DNA of 64,000 nt from Podarcis liolepis (lineage: Eukaryota): assembly GCA_965112155.1 (NCBI GenBank), contig OZ218099.1. One strand, written 5' to 3'. Every line of letters begins with the position of its first letter. The stretch's first letter is position 1. Shown here one piece after another: positions 52,324 to 64,000 of the stretch. The position numbers were made by a program, and so were the translations under genes. A model generated the notes under the pieces. That model did no database searches. It was not told the DNA's origin and worked only from the letters and a program-made list of their open reading frames with translations.

Positions 52324-53738
52324 TTTATTTATATCCCGCCCTCCCCAGCTGAGCCGGGCTCAGGGCGGCTAACAACAATCAAATAAACAATCAAATAATA
52401 ACACGTTCTGAAAATATTTCATTATAAAAATTAGTTAAAATCAAATTGATGGCAACCGATTAAACAAAATTCTGTGCAGGTTGCCAGAGGAGGGAGTCAG
52501 GCTGCGCCCTGACCAAAGGCCTGGCGGAACAACTCTGTCTTGCAGGCCCTGCGGAAAGATGTCAAGTCCCGCAGGGCCCTAGTCTCTTGTGACAGAGCAT
52601 TCCACCAGGTTGGAGCTGCAGCCGAGAAGGCCCTGGCTCTAGTTGAGGCCAGCCTAACCTCTCTGAGGCCTGGGACCTTGAGGGTGTTATTATTTGTAGA
52701 CCGTAGGTTTCTCTGTGGGGCATACCAGGAGAGGCGGTCCCGTAGGTACGAGGGTCCTAGGCCGTATAGGGCTTTAAAGGTTAAAACCAGCACCTTAAAC
52801 CTGATCCTGTACTCCACCGGGAGCCAGTGCAGCTGGTATAGCACCGGATGAATGTGATCCCGCAGCGAAGACCCCGTAAGGAGTCTCGCTGCGGCATTCT
52901 GCACCCGCTGGAGTTTCTGGGTCAGTCTCAAGGGCAGCCCCACGTAGAGCGAGTTACAATAATCCAGTCTGGAGGTGACCGTCGCATGGATCACAGTGGC
53001 TAGGTCAGGGCGAGAGAGATAAGGGGCCAACTGCTTAGCTTGGCGGAGATGGAAAAATGCCGCCTTTGTTATAGCTGTAATCTGCGCCTCCATAGAGAGG
53101 GAGGTATCGAAGATTACACCCAAACTCTTAACGGACGGTGCTGGCACTAATTGCACCCCCGCAAGAGATGGGAGTTGCCCCCTCAATCCCATATCGTCCC
53201 GCCCCAGCCAGAGGACCTCTGTCTTCGAAGGATTTAACTTCAACCGGCTCCCACGTAACCATCCAGCCACAGCTTCCAGACATCTGGTCAGTGTGTCTGG
53301 GGCCGAGTTAGGATGGCCATCCATCAACAGATAGAGTTGGGTGTCATCAGCATACTGATGGCAACCCAGCCCAAAACTCCGGACAAGCTGGGCGAGGGGG
53401 CGCATAAAGATGTTAAAAAGCATCGGGGAGAGAATCGCACCCTGAGGCACTCCACACACCAAGGAGTGACGCGATGACAATTCCCCCCCAAGCGCCACCC
53501 TCTGTCCCCGATCAGAGAGAAACGAGCGCAGCCATTGAAGGACTGTGCCCTGGATCCCCACGTCGGCAAGGCGGTGGTCCAGGAGTTCGTGATCGACCAT
53601 GTCAAAGGCTGCTGACAGATCTAGAAGAATCAGCAGCCCCGACCCGCCTCGATCCAGCTGCCTGCGGAGATCATCTGTTAGGGCGACCAGAGCCGTCTCG
53701 GTCCCATGACCAGCACGGAAGCCGGACTGGAATGGATC
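52277..53738 (-). mobile_element. Young 5'-truncated L2-clade LINE: RT and C-terminal domain, 3' stem-loop, (TTA)n tail
   Basis: Uninterrupted frame from DPFQSGFR (53738) through LLDLSAAFD, GVPQGAILSP, YADDTQLY and LHWLP to the stop at 52497; 3' gccgccctgagccc...ggagggcggga hairpin and triplet-repeat tail at 52277-52321. Confidence 0.93.
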
Positions 53739-54256
53739 CTTACTTTAGGGGAGTAAGGAGGAAGGGTGGATGCTTTGGGGTCATGGGGAGGTGCAGATCA
53801 AAGGAAACCAGGAACCCTCTGTCCCAGATAATTTATTTTAGCCAGAGAAGACTTTAAGGGTGCTTTGATAATTTGTCCCCTCCTTTTGCAGTGCCCCCTT
53901 AAGAACACTGGGAGTTTGCTTCCAAGCTAAGCCATGCTTTAGGCCGACATCCATGGCATCACTGTTGCTTCTGAAAATACTGTAGAATGAGTCCCTACTT
54001 GTTCTCCACTACCATTTCCACTTCTGCTCTTATCTAGTCCTCTTTCAGGGCTCCTGATTAGCATCCTTCTCCAGCTTGTGACATCATATCCCCATCACCA
54101 AACCAATTTAGTTTGTCTAACAGTGAGACCTGTACACTCTCTCCGCACAAGGTTCTTTCTCTGCCAACCTGGTCCTGTATATGGTCTTCTCAGTGCCTCT
54201 TATTCTTCCATCATGGATGATTTCAGCAGCAGGAGCCACAGTATCCCTTGTGGGTT

Positions 54257-56867
54257 TCAAACCAGCTTCCTATGGCATTCCTCTCCGTTGCAGTCTGCAC
54301 AGAAAAATGTGTCTGGGAGGATCTGTACCTTTGGGGTGAATATGTAGTTATTGTGCCCTGGGGTCCCAGGAAGGTGACCTGGAAAAGAAATTGCAATTAG
54401 TCTTACAAAGAGTGAAAAATGGGCAGCACGAAGATATCCAAGCAACAATGATTGCATTTTTCAGTAGTGGTGCCTAATGGCAGAATACTTTGTGCAGTTA
54501 TGCGCTTCTTAATGCTATATTATTTTTAGGAAGCTGTTATTTTTCATTACCGCTCCCTCAAAAGGACATTAGATTGAGCTAGTTTGAAAACAAGAAAAAT
54601 ATTTGCTGCCTTTTACTGCACCAGGTTTTGCCCTAAATTGTCTAGATATCTGATGGAAGGCCTGAAAATGTCTTAGATTGGAAATTATATGGTGATTTGA
54701 AAGTAATTCACATGCATTTCCAACCTCCCTGGTGCCAGGTTCTCCATAATTTTTAAAACTTATATATGTGGGGTTTGTTAAGCACCTCTCTAAGCCAATC
54801 CCCCAGGAAGCTGCTTTGACTTCAAAGAACAAAGGCAGAATCATTAATACCCTGATGAAAGGTCAGATATTCAGAGTCAGACATGGAAAGGGGTGGCGTG
54901 CCTTCTCCAGCTGTGTGTTACTTAGCAGAATTGAGAGGGGGAGATTGCCAGAGAAACAGGGGTGTGATGTCACCACAGAGGTTTGGGGAACAGGGTTTTC
55001 TGGGAAGGAGGAGCAAGAAGTGGGTGGAGCTCTGAAGTGTGCTGGCTGGAAAAGGCTGCACCGAGAAGCATGACTGGCTGCTGCTTTGGACCCAAGCTGC
55101 TGACAAGAGGAGCAACGAGAGATAGTCTTGGGATGTGTTGTTCTGCACCCCCACCACTGAAGGCTTCAGCTGTAAACATGTATAAAATAAACCATATTTC
55201 TTAAAGACACTAGTCTCTATTGTGCCTCATTCCAAAGGAACACAAACCCAGGAATCTCTTGCTGCTGCTTGACAGAGATTGGGGTGGCCTGTAACAATAT
55301 AATTCCTGAATGTGATACGTTTTCAGTGCCCAATGCACCCCGATTTTGCTGTGTGTGAAATAGTCTCAGTGGAGCAAGGGGTTTTACCTCCATAAAGAAG
55401 CCTTTCCCTCTCTCTGATAGTTTGTCCACTTCCACTTTATAAATTCCTGCTTCCTGCAAAGGGAAGTGCACAGCTAACTTGCTCTGCTTCTAAACTCAAG
55501 ATTATGAAGGTTTAATAGTATGAACTAGTGTGACTTGCAGCAAAATCTTGAACTATGGTATGCTCCTATTGAATGTTCCAGCCATACCTTCTTTCGGGAC
55601 ACTCTTTGCAAGTTTAAGGGGATGGGACTGGTTGGGGAGGCTCAATGGGAATAGTACTGGAAGTGAGGCTCCCCTCCTCCCAAGCAGTTGCCTCATTCTG
55701 TCTAATAATAGGACCAGCCATGGATCTGGAGAAGTAGAGCTGGGGGGGGGGGACTTATACAGAGAGACATAGTGGTTAAGAGCGGTAGATTCGTATTCTG
55801 GGGAACCGGGTTCGCTTCTCCACTCCTCCACATGCAGCTGCTGGGTGACCTTGGGCCAGTCACACTTCTCTGAAGTCTCTCAGCCCCACTCACCTCACAG
55901 AGTGTTTGTTGTGGGGGAGGAAGGGAAAGGAGAATGTTATCCACTTTGAGACTCCTTCAGGTAGTGATAAAGTGGGATATCCAATCCAAACTCCTCTTCT
56001 TCTATTGCCAAGAGCTAATTTCCATTCCTACTACTTACACCATCTCCACCATCATGCCCTAAGAGGCCCTTCCCGACACTGCCTGCAAATTTAGGAGCAC
56101 TTTTGCAGGAGGGAATCTTGCAAATGCAAACAGGAACCATCTCATGGGGCAGCCTTAGGTTTAGAGAATGCCCCTGCTGTGGATAGCAGTGCAGAGTGAA
56201 TTTGTAGCCCCAATTTTTTGCCTCACACAATTTGACATAAAACAGCTGAATAGAGATGTTCCTTCTCCCTTGACTAGGTCCTCCATCTGCCCTTCTGCTC
56301 ATCCATGACGGAGAAGCATCAATATGCTCCTCTGACCCTACTCTTCACTACTTCACAAAAAGTAACCAGTGGTTGGTTGACACTGTTAGGCTACACAGCA
56401 ATCTTAACAGCAAATGAGCATGGCACCTGCGGGAAGAAATGTATTTTGCAGGCTGACTGCTGGGTCAATCCAGTGTTTCTACAACAGAAGCGCAGCTCGG
56501 AGGAAAATGTAGCAAGTGTGAGAAAAATTAACACGTACCGCTTGTGCACAAACAGCTTTGACTTCCTCCGCAGTGTGAAGAATGCTCTAAAATCTCCAGT
56601 CCACTTTCTCAAGTGGCAACCATAGTATAAGACCCACTATCCCACCAGGGTCCATCTGAATTAACCTGAAGTCTCACCTGAGAATGGAAACAGAAAGATG
56701 TGACTTAGTAATCATTGAGGAAACTGCTTGTTTAAAAACAAGTACCTTCAGCTACTCAAAATTGCTGAAATAATCCTCCCCTGTAGAGCTCAAAGTGGTA
56801 GCAACATAACATTTGGTACAGAAGGGCTCTTGATCCGTGAAGAAGTAAATGATGCCTGTGGTATTTT
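54257..56867 (-). pseudogene. AprA/PqaA-like pseudogene remnant, copy 2 (last four exons)
   Basis: Exons on - strand: about 56780-56867 (NTTGIIYFFTDQEPFCTKCYVATTLSST, no GT donor); 56605-56677 (R*DFRLIQMDPGGIVGLILWLPLEK, TGA inside the RRDFR motif); 55388-55453 (EAGIYKVEVDKLSERGKGFFME, tttgcag|...|gtaaaa); 54257-54378 (VTFLGP / GHNNYIFTPKVQILPDTFFCADCNGEECHRKLV*, 122 nt vs 120 nt in copy 1, a 2-nt frameshift). Confidence 0.75.
55762..56003 (+). mobile_element. Squam3-type CORE SINE, nearly full length
   Basis: A box tagtggttaag, B box gggttcgct, CORE gggtgaccttgggccagtcac, L2-like tail ending in (CTT)n. Confidence 0.85.
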
Positions 56868-59800
56868 CTAGAAAGAGATAGATGGTGCAGAAAAATCACG
56901 TCCTTAAAACCACTGTATCCCCAAGACAAAAAAGGGAGAAAGCAGAAATACCAGGATGACCCACACACTTCTAAACCATGAGGAGATAAAGGTGATAAAT
57001 GCCTGGTTTATAATGTATACGGGCTACACCTATAAGATGAACAGTAACTGGTTGCCCTACTTGGTTTCTGTTATACAACCTTCAGCCAGATATCCACATT
57101 AGAACCACTCCCCAGAACAGAGGCCTTCTGCATGCTCAGTGCCAATATTTTCCTCAAGGAAAGACTTTTGCCTTTGGGAAGCACTAGATGGCAACAACAT
57201 GAACATATCTTACACAAATGGCCCTGCTTAAAGGGGCTCTGGTCACTCCTAGCACTGGGTGGGCTATGGGAGCAGAAAAAAGCTGTGGGAAAAGCAAATC
57301 CACCCCCTTCCCCCCAAAAAATATAACCTCAAAGTTCACCGGCCTAATGCAGAAAGAAACTGCAAGACATATGTGAAGGGGTGTAAAATAAATTTAAAAT
57401 GTGAGGGGTCGATTCAGCTGCAAAAGGCTGCCCACAGACATTGCCAAAAGCACTGTGGACTAGGCCGAAGCCTCCATTGCACTGAAAAATAAAGGCCCGC
57501 AGCAGGGCAGAAAGAGCAAATGCTCCCTTTGCTGGCTTAGTCAGACCTGAGCAGAGAGACAGGCTGGAGATTGTGTCTCCTCAGCTCAGCTGGCCCCAGA
57601 TATCATCTCAAGGTCAGTTATGCAAAAGTCTCTCCCACTAGCTGTCACCCAGGCATGGCAAAGCGTCTGTTCAGTTCTGCACGCTGAATGACTCTGCTGG
57701 ACAGAACAAGGATCAATAGTATACTAAAAGTGAGATAAAAATATTCTTCTTGGGAGAGGAAGGGGAAAACAATACAATTTAGAGAACCACTGGCTTGAGG
57801 GCCTGTAAAAATAATGCCTGTTTGGAAAGCCAAGGCACTTGCTTACTTAGCTCTGTTACTGGAAGTTGGTGGTTGGTGTGTCAAAAGCGAGATTCATATT
57901 TTTAATTTGGTAAAGCAACAAGTAATGTCTTACAGGGCAAGTGCTTGAGGGCATATGCTAGCACATTGTTCTCTGTGCATAGCATTAAAGCAAAGGAAAA
58001 TAATGCATTTGAAGGATATTTAAATAATTAAGCTTGAAAAGGCACAGCTTTGTAATAAAAGTAGGGCATATTTTCTGCCTAGGGAATTTCCAAAGCACAG
58101 AGTTCTCAAATAACAAATTGTAATCATCAGCGCTGAGAGCAATTTAGCTCAAAGATGTGTGTAAATCAGAGTTTTTTAATATGAATGTTTAAAAATTCCA
58201 CATATATTAAAAAGCTCTGCACTTTTTTGATCTACACACATCTTTGAACTCATTGCTCTCAGAACCAACAATTACAATTTGATGAGTCACCAGAGAGGCA
58301 CAAGAAACACAACATTTAAGAGAGCGCAGGAACAGACATCCTGATAAGGTGCATGCTGGGATTGTTTGAAGAGGGAACAGGTGAGAGCCTGGGGCTCCAA
58401 ATGTAAGAAGATGGGGAACAGGTTATGGCAGCTCCCAGTTTCTCTCTAAGGTAACTTCATGATTTGGCTTCTGTATTTTAATTCTAGTATTAAACCACTT
58501 TTGTGAAAGCAATGTCCACTTCTTCACGGACCATGAAATTTAGATGTTGTTATAAAGCACGGTTTTCAAACAAACTACTAGATTTTGACCACTAGATTTT
58601 GACGTGAGAAAGTAAACACTTTCCTCATCAGGGTGTATTAGAAGAAGAGAATCTGTCAAGATCCAGACATGGAAAAGATTCAAGGGTGTTCACATGGTAG
58701 GTGATTGACTAGTTTGGGATTTGCCTCAAAAGAGCTACACAACTTTGGAGACAAAGCAAAGTAACAGTACTTAAGTCATTAGTATCAGTTCTGCAAAGGC
58801 TATTCATGCTTCTTGAAAAAGAGTATTAGCACAAATAACTGTACTTATAAAGGTCACTGAGCATGGAAGGTGCTGAACCACATGGTCTGGGCAGCCCTTA
58901 TGCAGATGGAAATGCGCCAATTGTTCTTTAGTGGCCAAAGCATCCTCCCAGCACATGGTCAAATTGAAGCCGACAGGTACTCTGCTATATCTGAAGGATG
59001 GGTTCAGGCCTAGACTGAAGTGGAGGGAGAAAAAGGTGGCACATGCTGGCAAACAGCACCCTGCCCCTTCTGTTTTGCATTCCTGCCACTGCCTGAAGCA
59101 ATGCAGAAGCAAATGCCCTTTTGTAATGGGCTTCATTACAGGGTTTGGTCTCCACCTGAGGGGAAAGAGAGGAGGGGAACATCTTGCTAGGCCAAAGATG
59201 ATTGGGAGGGGCAGAGCTAGTCAGGTACAGGGGCACTAGGAAAAGCAGCTAGCCAGATAATGCAAACAGGAGGAACTGTTTTGAAAGTACTGTAATCTTA
59301 ACCATGCCAACTCAGAAGGTAGTACCTCTGGTGGGCTCATGCTCCTTCTGGGGTAGTTTGTCCACCTTTGGTCCCCTGTGGCTCTTAGAAGCTATCAGCA
59401 TGCAAGAGCCGCCACATCCTGGGAATGGCTCAGACAGTCTAGCTAAACCAGATGAGGGTAGCAGATTGGTCTCAAACCCTCAGTGAATTAGGGATTTCCC
59501 TGGCAGGCAAAGACAGGCTTGTGGTGGATTGAGTGGGTGAGACCAACAGGGGGTCCAATGGTGAGGAAGGCTGTTTCTGCAAGTGCTGTAGGTAGAAGTG
59601 AGGGGCAGATGGGGCTCATCAACCTGGGAAGGTAGCCCATCTAGCAGAAGGAACAGTCTGACCCTAAACCTCCATTGCCTTGCAGAGCATCTTTGGGAAA
59701 AGAAAAGGGTAAGGAGTAAACCCTACATAAATCCAGAGTGGAGTCCCTAAGACAGTTGTATGGTGCCTTGTTTGCCTCTTTCCAGCAACTCCAACATCCA

Positions 59801-60444
59801 AGCTGGTAACAAATGTATTGCTCTTCTTTCCTTTGAACAACATCAACAAGGCTGAGAGTCTTGTCATCTGCGCAGCCCAGAACCTCCATACACACTGCCC
59901 AGGCTTGTGCCCTGAGAAGATCACATCGATCCTGCTAGTGCAGCAGTTTGACTTCGCCCCTGAAGGAGCACCCCATTGTCTTTCAAAACAGACGGATGCC
60001 AACAACTCCCAGATAAACTGAGTTAGTAAGAGAGGTGTATTGTCTTGCATGGGTACAGTGTATATAATCTCAATGCAAGGCATTGTGAACTGTTGAAATC
60101 TGCTGCTTGCATGTGTGTGCATGCAAACAGACAAAATTGTATAAAATTGTCAACCAGGCATAGATGATAAATTTTGCTGTCTGTCTGATAAGTTTTCCAT
60201 GAGTCCTAGCAGGAGATAGCAGCAGTAGGAATAGCAGCCAGCAAGGTGTTATCTGTCCTGAATTGTCTAACATTCAGCAACATCCACGAGTTCTGGAGTT
60301 ATGAGAGACGGAGAAAGTCCTGTCCTGTTCAGGTCTGATGCTGAATTCTGCAGGGAAAGCAAGCCTGGAAGCTAGCTCATGGATAGCACTAAGCGAATGA
60401 CTTGTTTCTCCAGGCTCCACCCACTTGTAGAGAACTCCAGAGCC

Positions 60445-60698
60445 TTATAAGCCCTTGCGGTGTTGGAGGGTTTCAGGAGTCATGACACCAATTTCCTTCC
60501 GTTGTGTAGCACCACTCAGGGCCCTGTATGATTCAGCAAGGCTGTGCAGCAATAGGGCTGCAGAATTATTGCCTTTCAGTTCCTCCCCTGTTCTTCTCAG
60601 CTGCTCCACGAATTCCAGCATGGAATTCACATGCTCCCGCATCTGCTGCCCCTTTGGAGCCTCATCCCGTGCAGTTTGAGTAGCGGCAGCAGCTTAGT
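60445..60698 (-). mobile_element. Degenerate Ty1/Copia LTR-retrotransposon gag fragment
   Basis: TKLLPLLKLHGMRLQ / GQQMREHVNSMLEFVEQLRRTGEELKGNNSAALLLHSLAESYRAL, joined by a frameshift. Resembles the Copia gag pattern KL..MRL.EG..M..HI..M...VEQL...GE.......A.LLL.SLP.SY. Confidence 0.65.
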
Positions 60699-61330
60699 GC
60701 CAAATTCAGAAGTGCAGGGTCCTTTTATGATAGTCACAGCTGTGTCCCTCTCACAGCCACACCATCTTCTAAGATTATGTAGTCAAAATGAGCTTTCAGT
60801 CTCTTTGCTTGGAATTCTGTTTAGCACAAACACACTGGGCAGCTGACCTGTATAAATGCCTTTGCCATAATTAAGAGCAGCAGCAGAGGGCAGTGGTGCT
60901 CCTATTTCATTTTCATTGGCCTTTACAAGAGAACTCCCTGGTGGTTTGTACTTCAGTCACTGCAACTGCCTGTATGAAGGACAGTCTGTAGATCCACTTT
61001 ACTAACAAACCTAATCTGTTCAACTGAATGACATATATTCACAACACTGATAGTACTGTGGTAGGTATTACTCCTTTTGTTATGATAGGCTTATGACCCA
61101 ACCTGCTACACACCCTAAGAACAGACACCCATTCCCCATACAGTAGCTATAGGAGGATAGTGGAGCAAGTGGCGGTTCACTTCAAAACACAAGAAAATCT
61201 CACCCAGTGCAAGATGGTAAGAATGCCAGAAACAACCTTTATTTGTTAACAGGGAATGAACAGCTAGAAATCATCAGGCCATGAAAGCCACAGCAGGTGG
61301 GCTCACTTCTGCCACACAAAATATAGTCAC

Positions 61331-61336
61331 TTTATT
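61331..61336 (-). terminator. Candidate polyA signal (AATAAA on - strand) for AprA-like copy 1
   Basis: tttatt on the + strand about 650 nt past the stop; a second one at 61238-61243. Confidence 0.4.
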
Positions 61337-61980
61337 GTTACCCCCATTTTGCAGAAGGGACTCGAAAACGAAGAGATAATAGCTAGCCAAAGAAGACACC
61401 CTCTTCCGTCTGTGACTCACGTGCAATTTGAACTCAGTCATTTTACATGATTTACAATCCAGCTATAATCAATTACTTGGATTAGAGGCTATTTAATCCC
61501 ATCAAAGTCTATGAGGCTAAACTATTTTAAAACCGGGTTAAGGAATTGTGCATCAAATGCTCAAATACTTGTACAGAGTTTCAGTGAAGACCTATAGAGC
61601 ATAGTGCTTCTCTTTCTTTTGATCCTGAGATCTGAGGAATACAAAGGCACTTTCCTTTGCTGCATTAATCGTTCATAATTTTATATAGCCAGGCCCTCCC
61701 TCTGTCTCATGCCCAATATGCTTCATCCACCCACCAGACCCATTTCCCACAACCCTCCTTTAGGGCTCCTGTTCCTGACTGACATCTTCACCTACCTACC
61801 CCACGACCCCACACCCCTCTCCCATTTCATGTTAGTTGAAGTTGAACCTGTGCATTCTCTATGCAGTATTATTTCTCTGCCCAACCCACCCTGACTCCTC
61901 TGCGTGGTTTTCTGAGCACCTCTCGTGTTTACACTCATGGATGTCTTCAGCAGCAGGAGCTATAGCATCCTTGGTGAGTG

Positions 61981-62100
61981 TCATACCACCTTCCCCTTGC
62001 ATTCCTTTCCGTGGCAGGCTGGACATGGAAAAGTGTCTGGAATGATGTGAACCTCAGAACTTAACACAAAATCAATGGTCCCGGGTCCTGGGAAGGTGGC
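61981..62100 (-). CDS. Terminal coding exon of an AprA/PqaA (PhoPQ-related)-like gene, copy 1 (ATFPGPGTIDFVLSSEVHIIPDTFPCPACHGKECKGKVV*); rest of gene off-window
   Basis: Acceptor tttcttttccag|GCC, 39 codons + TGA. The FPGP...I(I/L)PDTFP-x2-C-x-G-x2-C-x-GK-x-V* ending matches the C-terminus I recall for autocrine proliferation repressor A-like proteins. Confidence 0.72.
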   Translation of the reverse strand, partial: ATFPGPGTIDFVLSSEVHIIPDTFPCPACHGKECKGKVV

Positions 62101-62374
62101 CTGGAAAAGAAATTGCAGTTCTGCTCAATATCTCGCCTTGCAAATCTAATAGAACGGAGCCTACATTGGTAGTGCAAAGCACAGGGATAGCTAAAAAATA
62201 ATTGTTGTGCCTTACAGCATATTGTAGCTTATGGAAGAATACTTCCTGCCTATTCAGCACAACAGCTTTCTATCACTGGATTTCAATTAGTACATGAAAG
62301 TAGAGCTTTCAGGCATAGTTGCTTTATTGTTTTTGGAAGGACACAGTGAGTGAGCTAGACTGAAAGGTAAGCTA

Positions 62375-62376
<2 letters not shown>

Positions 62377-62429
<53 letters not shown>

Positions 62430-62446
62430 TGTTTGTTTGTTTGTTT
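62377..62446. repeat. (TAA)n then (TTTG)n simple repeat
   Basis: Read directly; probably a LINE/SINE tail. Confidence 0.9.
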
Positions 62447-64000
62447 ATACCCCGCCCATTTGGGTAATACCAGTTTTTGCCTTGAGTCTTTTAGATTATT
62501 GGTTACAAAGCCAATATTCCCTCATTAAACAGAAGCAAGTAGTTCACATGATGCAATATCCCCCCAAATTGTTTTAACAGCTAGGGTTGTGCAACCACTG
62601 CATCCAAATCCCAAGATGAGGCGGGATCAAAGTAGGGTCCCTCCAAGGCTCAGCTCTGCCCCCAAAGCGATCTGAGCCGAAGATCCCCCTGCTCTGGAGA
62701 CATTCAGTTACAAAGCAAAGGTGATCTATGCCAAGTAACCTGTCTCCAAAATGACTGGAAAAATGTAAACGTCCTCAAATAAGGGAAACATGATGATGGA
62801 GTCAATGGGAGTAGTAGAACTGGTGTTTGCTCCCCGTAGCCTCAAACCCAGACGTAGAATATTATCCTACATCCCCACAATCCTAGTATCTTTGTCCCAG
62901 TGCCTTTCCCCCTCACTCTATGGCTAGTACTATGGATGGCACAAGGAGTTTGCTGTGGTATTTTGATTCAGCTTGTCTCTTAACCCAACATTTCTACCTA
63001 TTTGCTTTTTTCATCCTTCTCTATCTACACACACATAGAGCTTGTTGTCACTTTTAGTCTCCAGTTATAATAGCCACTAAGGCAGTTTTACTTCCTTCCT
63101 CTCCCAAATGTGGCTATGGTGTTTTGAACTTTATTTACACTTGTATCATCTCTCAATGAGTCATAGATCCTTCATAATCAAACTACGTGTTTGTTTTCTA
63201 TTCTTTTCCATCCTTCCCAATCCAACATTATATATACATATATCTATGCACACAAGCATATACACATATTGTGTGTTGTCCCCTGGCCATAGTGTTTTCT
63301 GAGATAGGTTTTCAAAATCTCTTTCAAATAAGTTATGACTGTTCTGGATTATTATTATTATTAGAAAAGTCACACAACCTATGTGTCTCAAATTTGGCAG
63401 GGTTCATCCTATTTTTGGAGAGGTGGGCCTTCTATGTCAGCAGGTGTTATGCACCTATGTAACTAATCCAAAATTTGTGAATATCTTGCTTTCCCAATGC
63501 AAGTCAATGGGAGGTCTGAAGCTGCAGCTTTGGATTTGGGGTGCAATACCACCCCCTTCCTGTAGCAATTCACACTGAATAGGAGACAGTCAGAAGTGAA
63601 GCAGCTTGGGTTGCTTCACAGAGCCCTAAGAAATATCATGGCGTGATTACAGCAGCCAATGAATTAATGCCTGGACTGCAACATGGAACAGCAATTTCCA
63701 GATCATAGTTCCTACCTGTCAACCACTCTGATTTAGGAGTGCTTTATTCAAGCCATAATTTGCCCAAAACACGTTTTATGGAAAACTTAAACCTTGTAGC
63801 CTTTATTTTTAGGTGTTGATGAAGATTTGACACTGGAATAGGATAGACACTCCAGAGCCATTGTGTGTTCTGAGAAACGTAGTCTAACAACCTATCTTGA
63901 TTTCTTCTGGCTTAGCATCTCAGTGCTAATGCCAATACATGACCCTCCTAAAGGTGCCTGTTATTTCCAGGGAGACTGATTTGGGTGAATCTCTATCAGT

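Noticed and set aside
54223-54378. Frameshifted reading of the pseudogene terminal exon ends in CGSCC*, like a prenylation motif
   Set aside because: The upstream exon carries a nonsense codon, and the homologous frame is the other one
58520-58652. Possible further decayed AprA-like exon (ISW-like motif on the - strand)
   Set aside because: Multiple stops and no convincing alignment by eye
50400-64000. Expected DNAH17 exons, based on human synteny
   Set aside because: No dynein heavy chain-like exon was recognised in the window
1-64000. Most 60-160 aa ORFs in the track, and any CRISPR or prokaryotic system
   Set aside because: These are chance ORFs in introns, repeats or antisense to exons; there is no repeat-spacer array or operon structure

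Overview
This is vertebrate genomic DNA. The repeat content (Squam3-type CORE-SINE, tRNA-Lys/CR1-tail SINEs, L2 LINEs, hAT and Tc1/mariner MITEs) points to a squamate, probably a lacertid lizard. Most of the window holds cytohesin-1 (CYTH1, an ARF-GEF) on the + strand. It has twelve constitutive coding exons at 30740-48652 (coiled-coil, Sec7, PH, polybasic tail) and the 3-nt GAG microexon at 40510-40512 that switches the PH loop between di- and tri-glycine. At least two alternative first coding exons lie in the long 5' region (MGTVSELC... at 8264 and MVLRMEN at 16291), and the 3' UTR ends near 50395. The canonical MEEDDSY-type first exon was not found and probably lies upstream of the window. 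Downstream on the - strand, which the ORF track shows only in fragments, are pieces of a tandemly duplicated AprA/PqaA (PhoPQ-related)-like gene. One copy has an intact terminal exon at 61981-62100 and continues off-window. The other is a four-exon remnant at 54257-56867 with a nonsense codon, a frameshift and a damaged donor. A young 5'-truncated L2 LINE (52277-53738) and a Copia gag relic (60445-60698) are also present. Family assignments come from my recognition of motifs; no database search was run.
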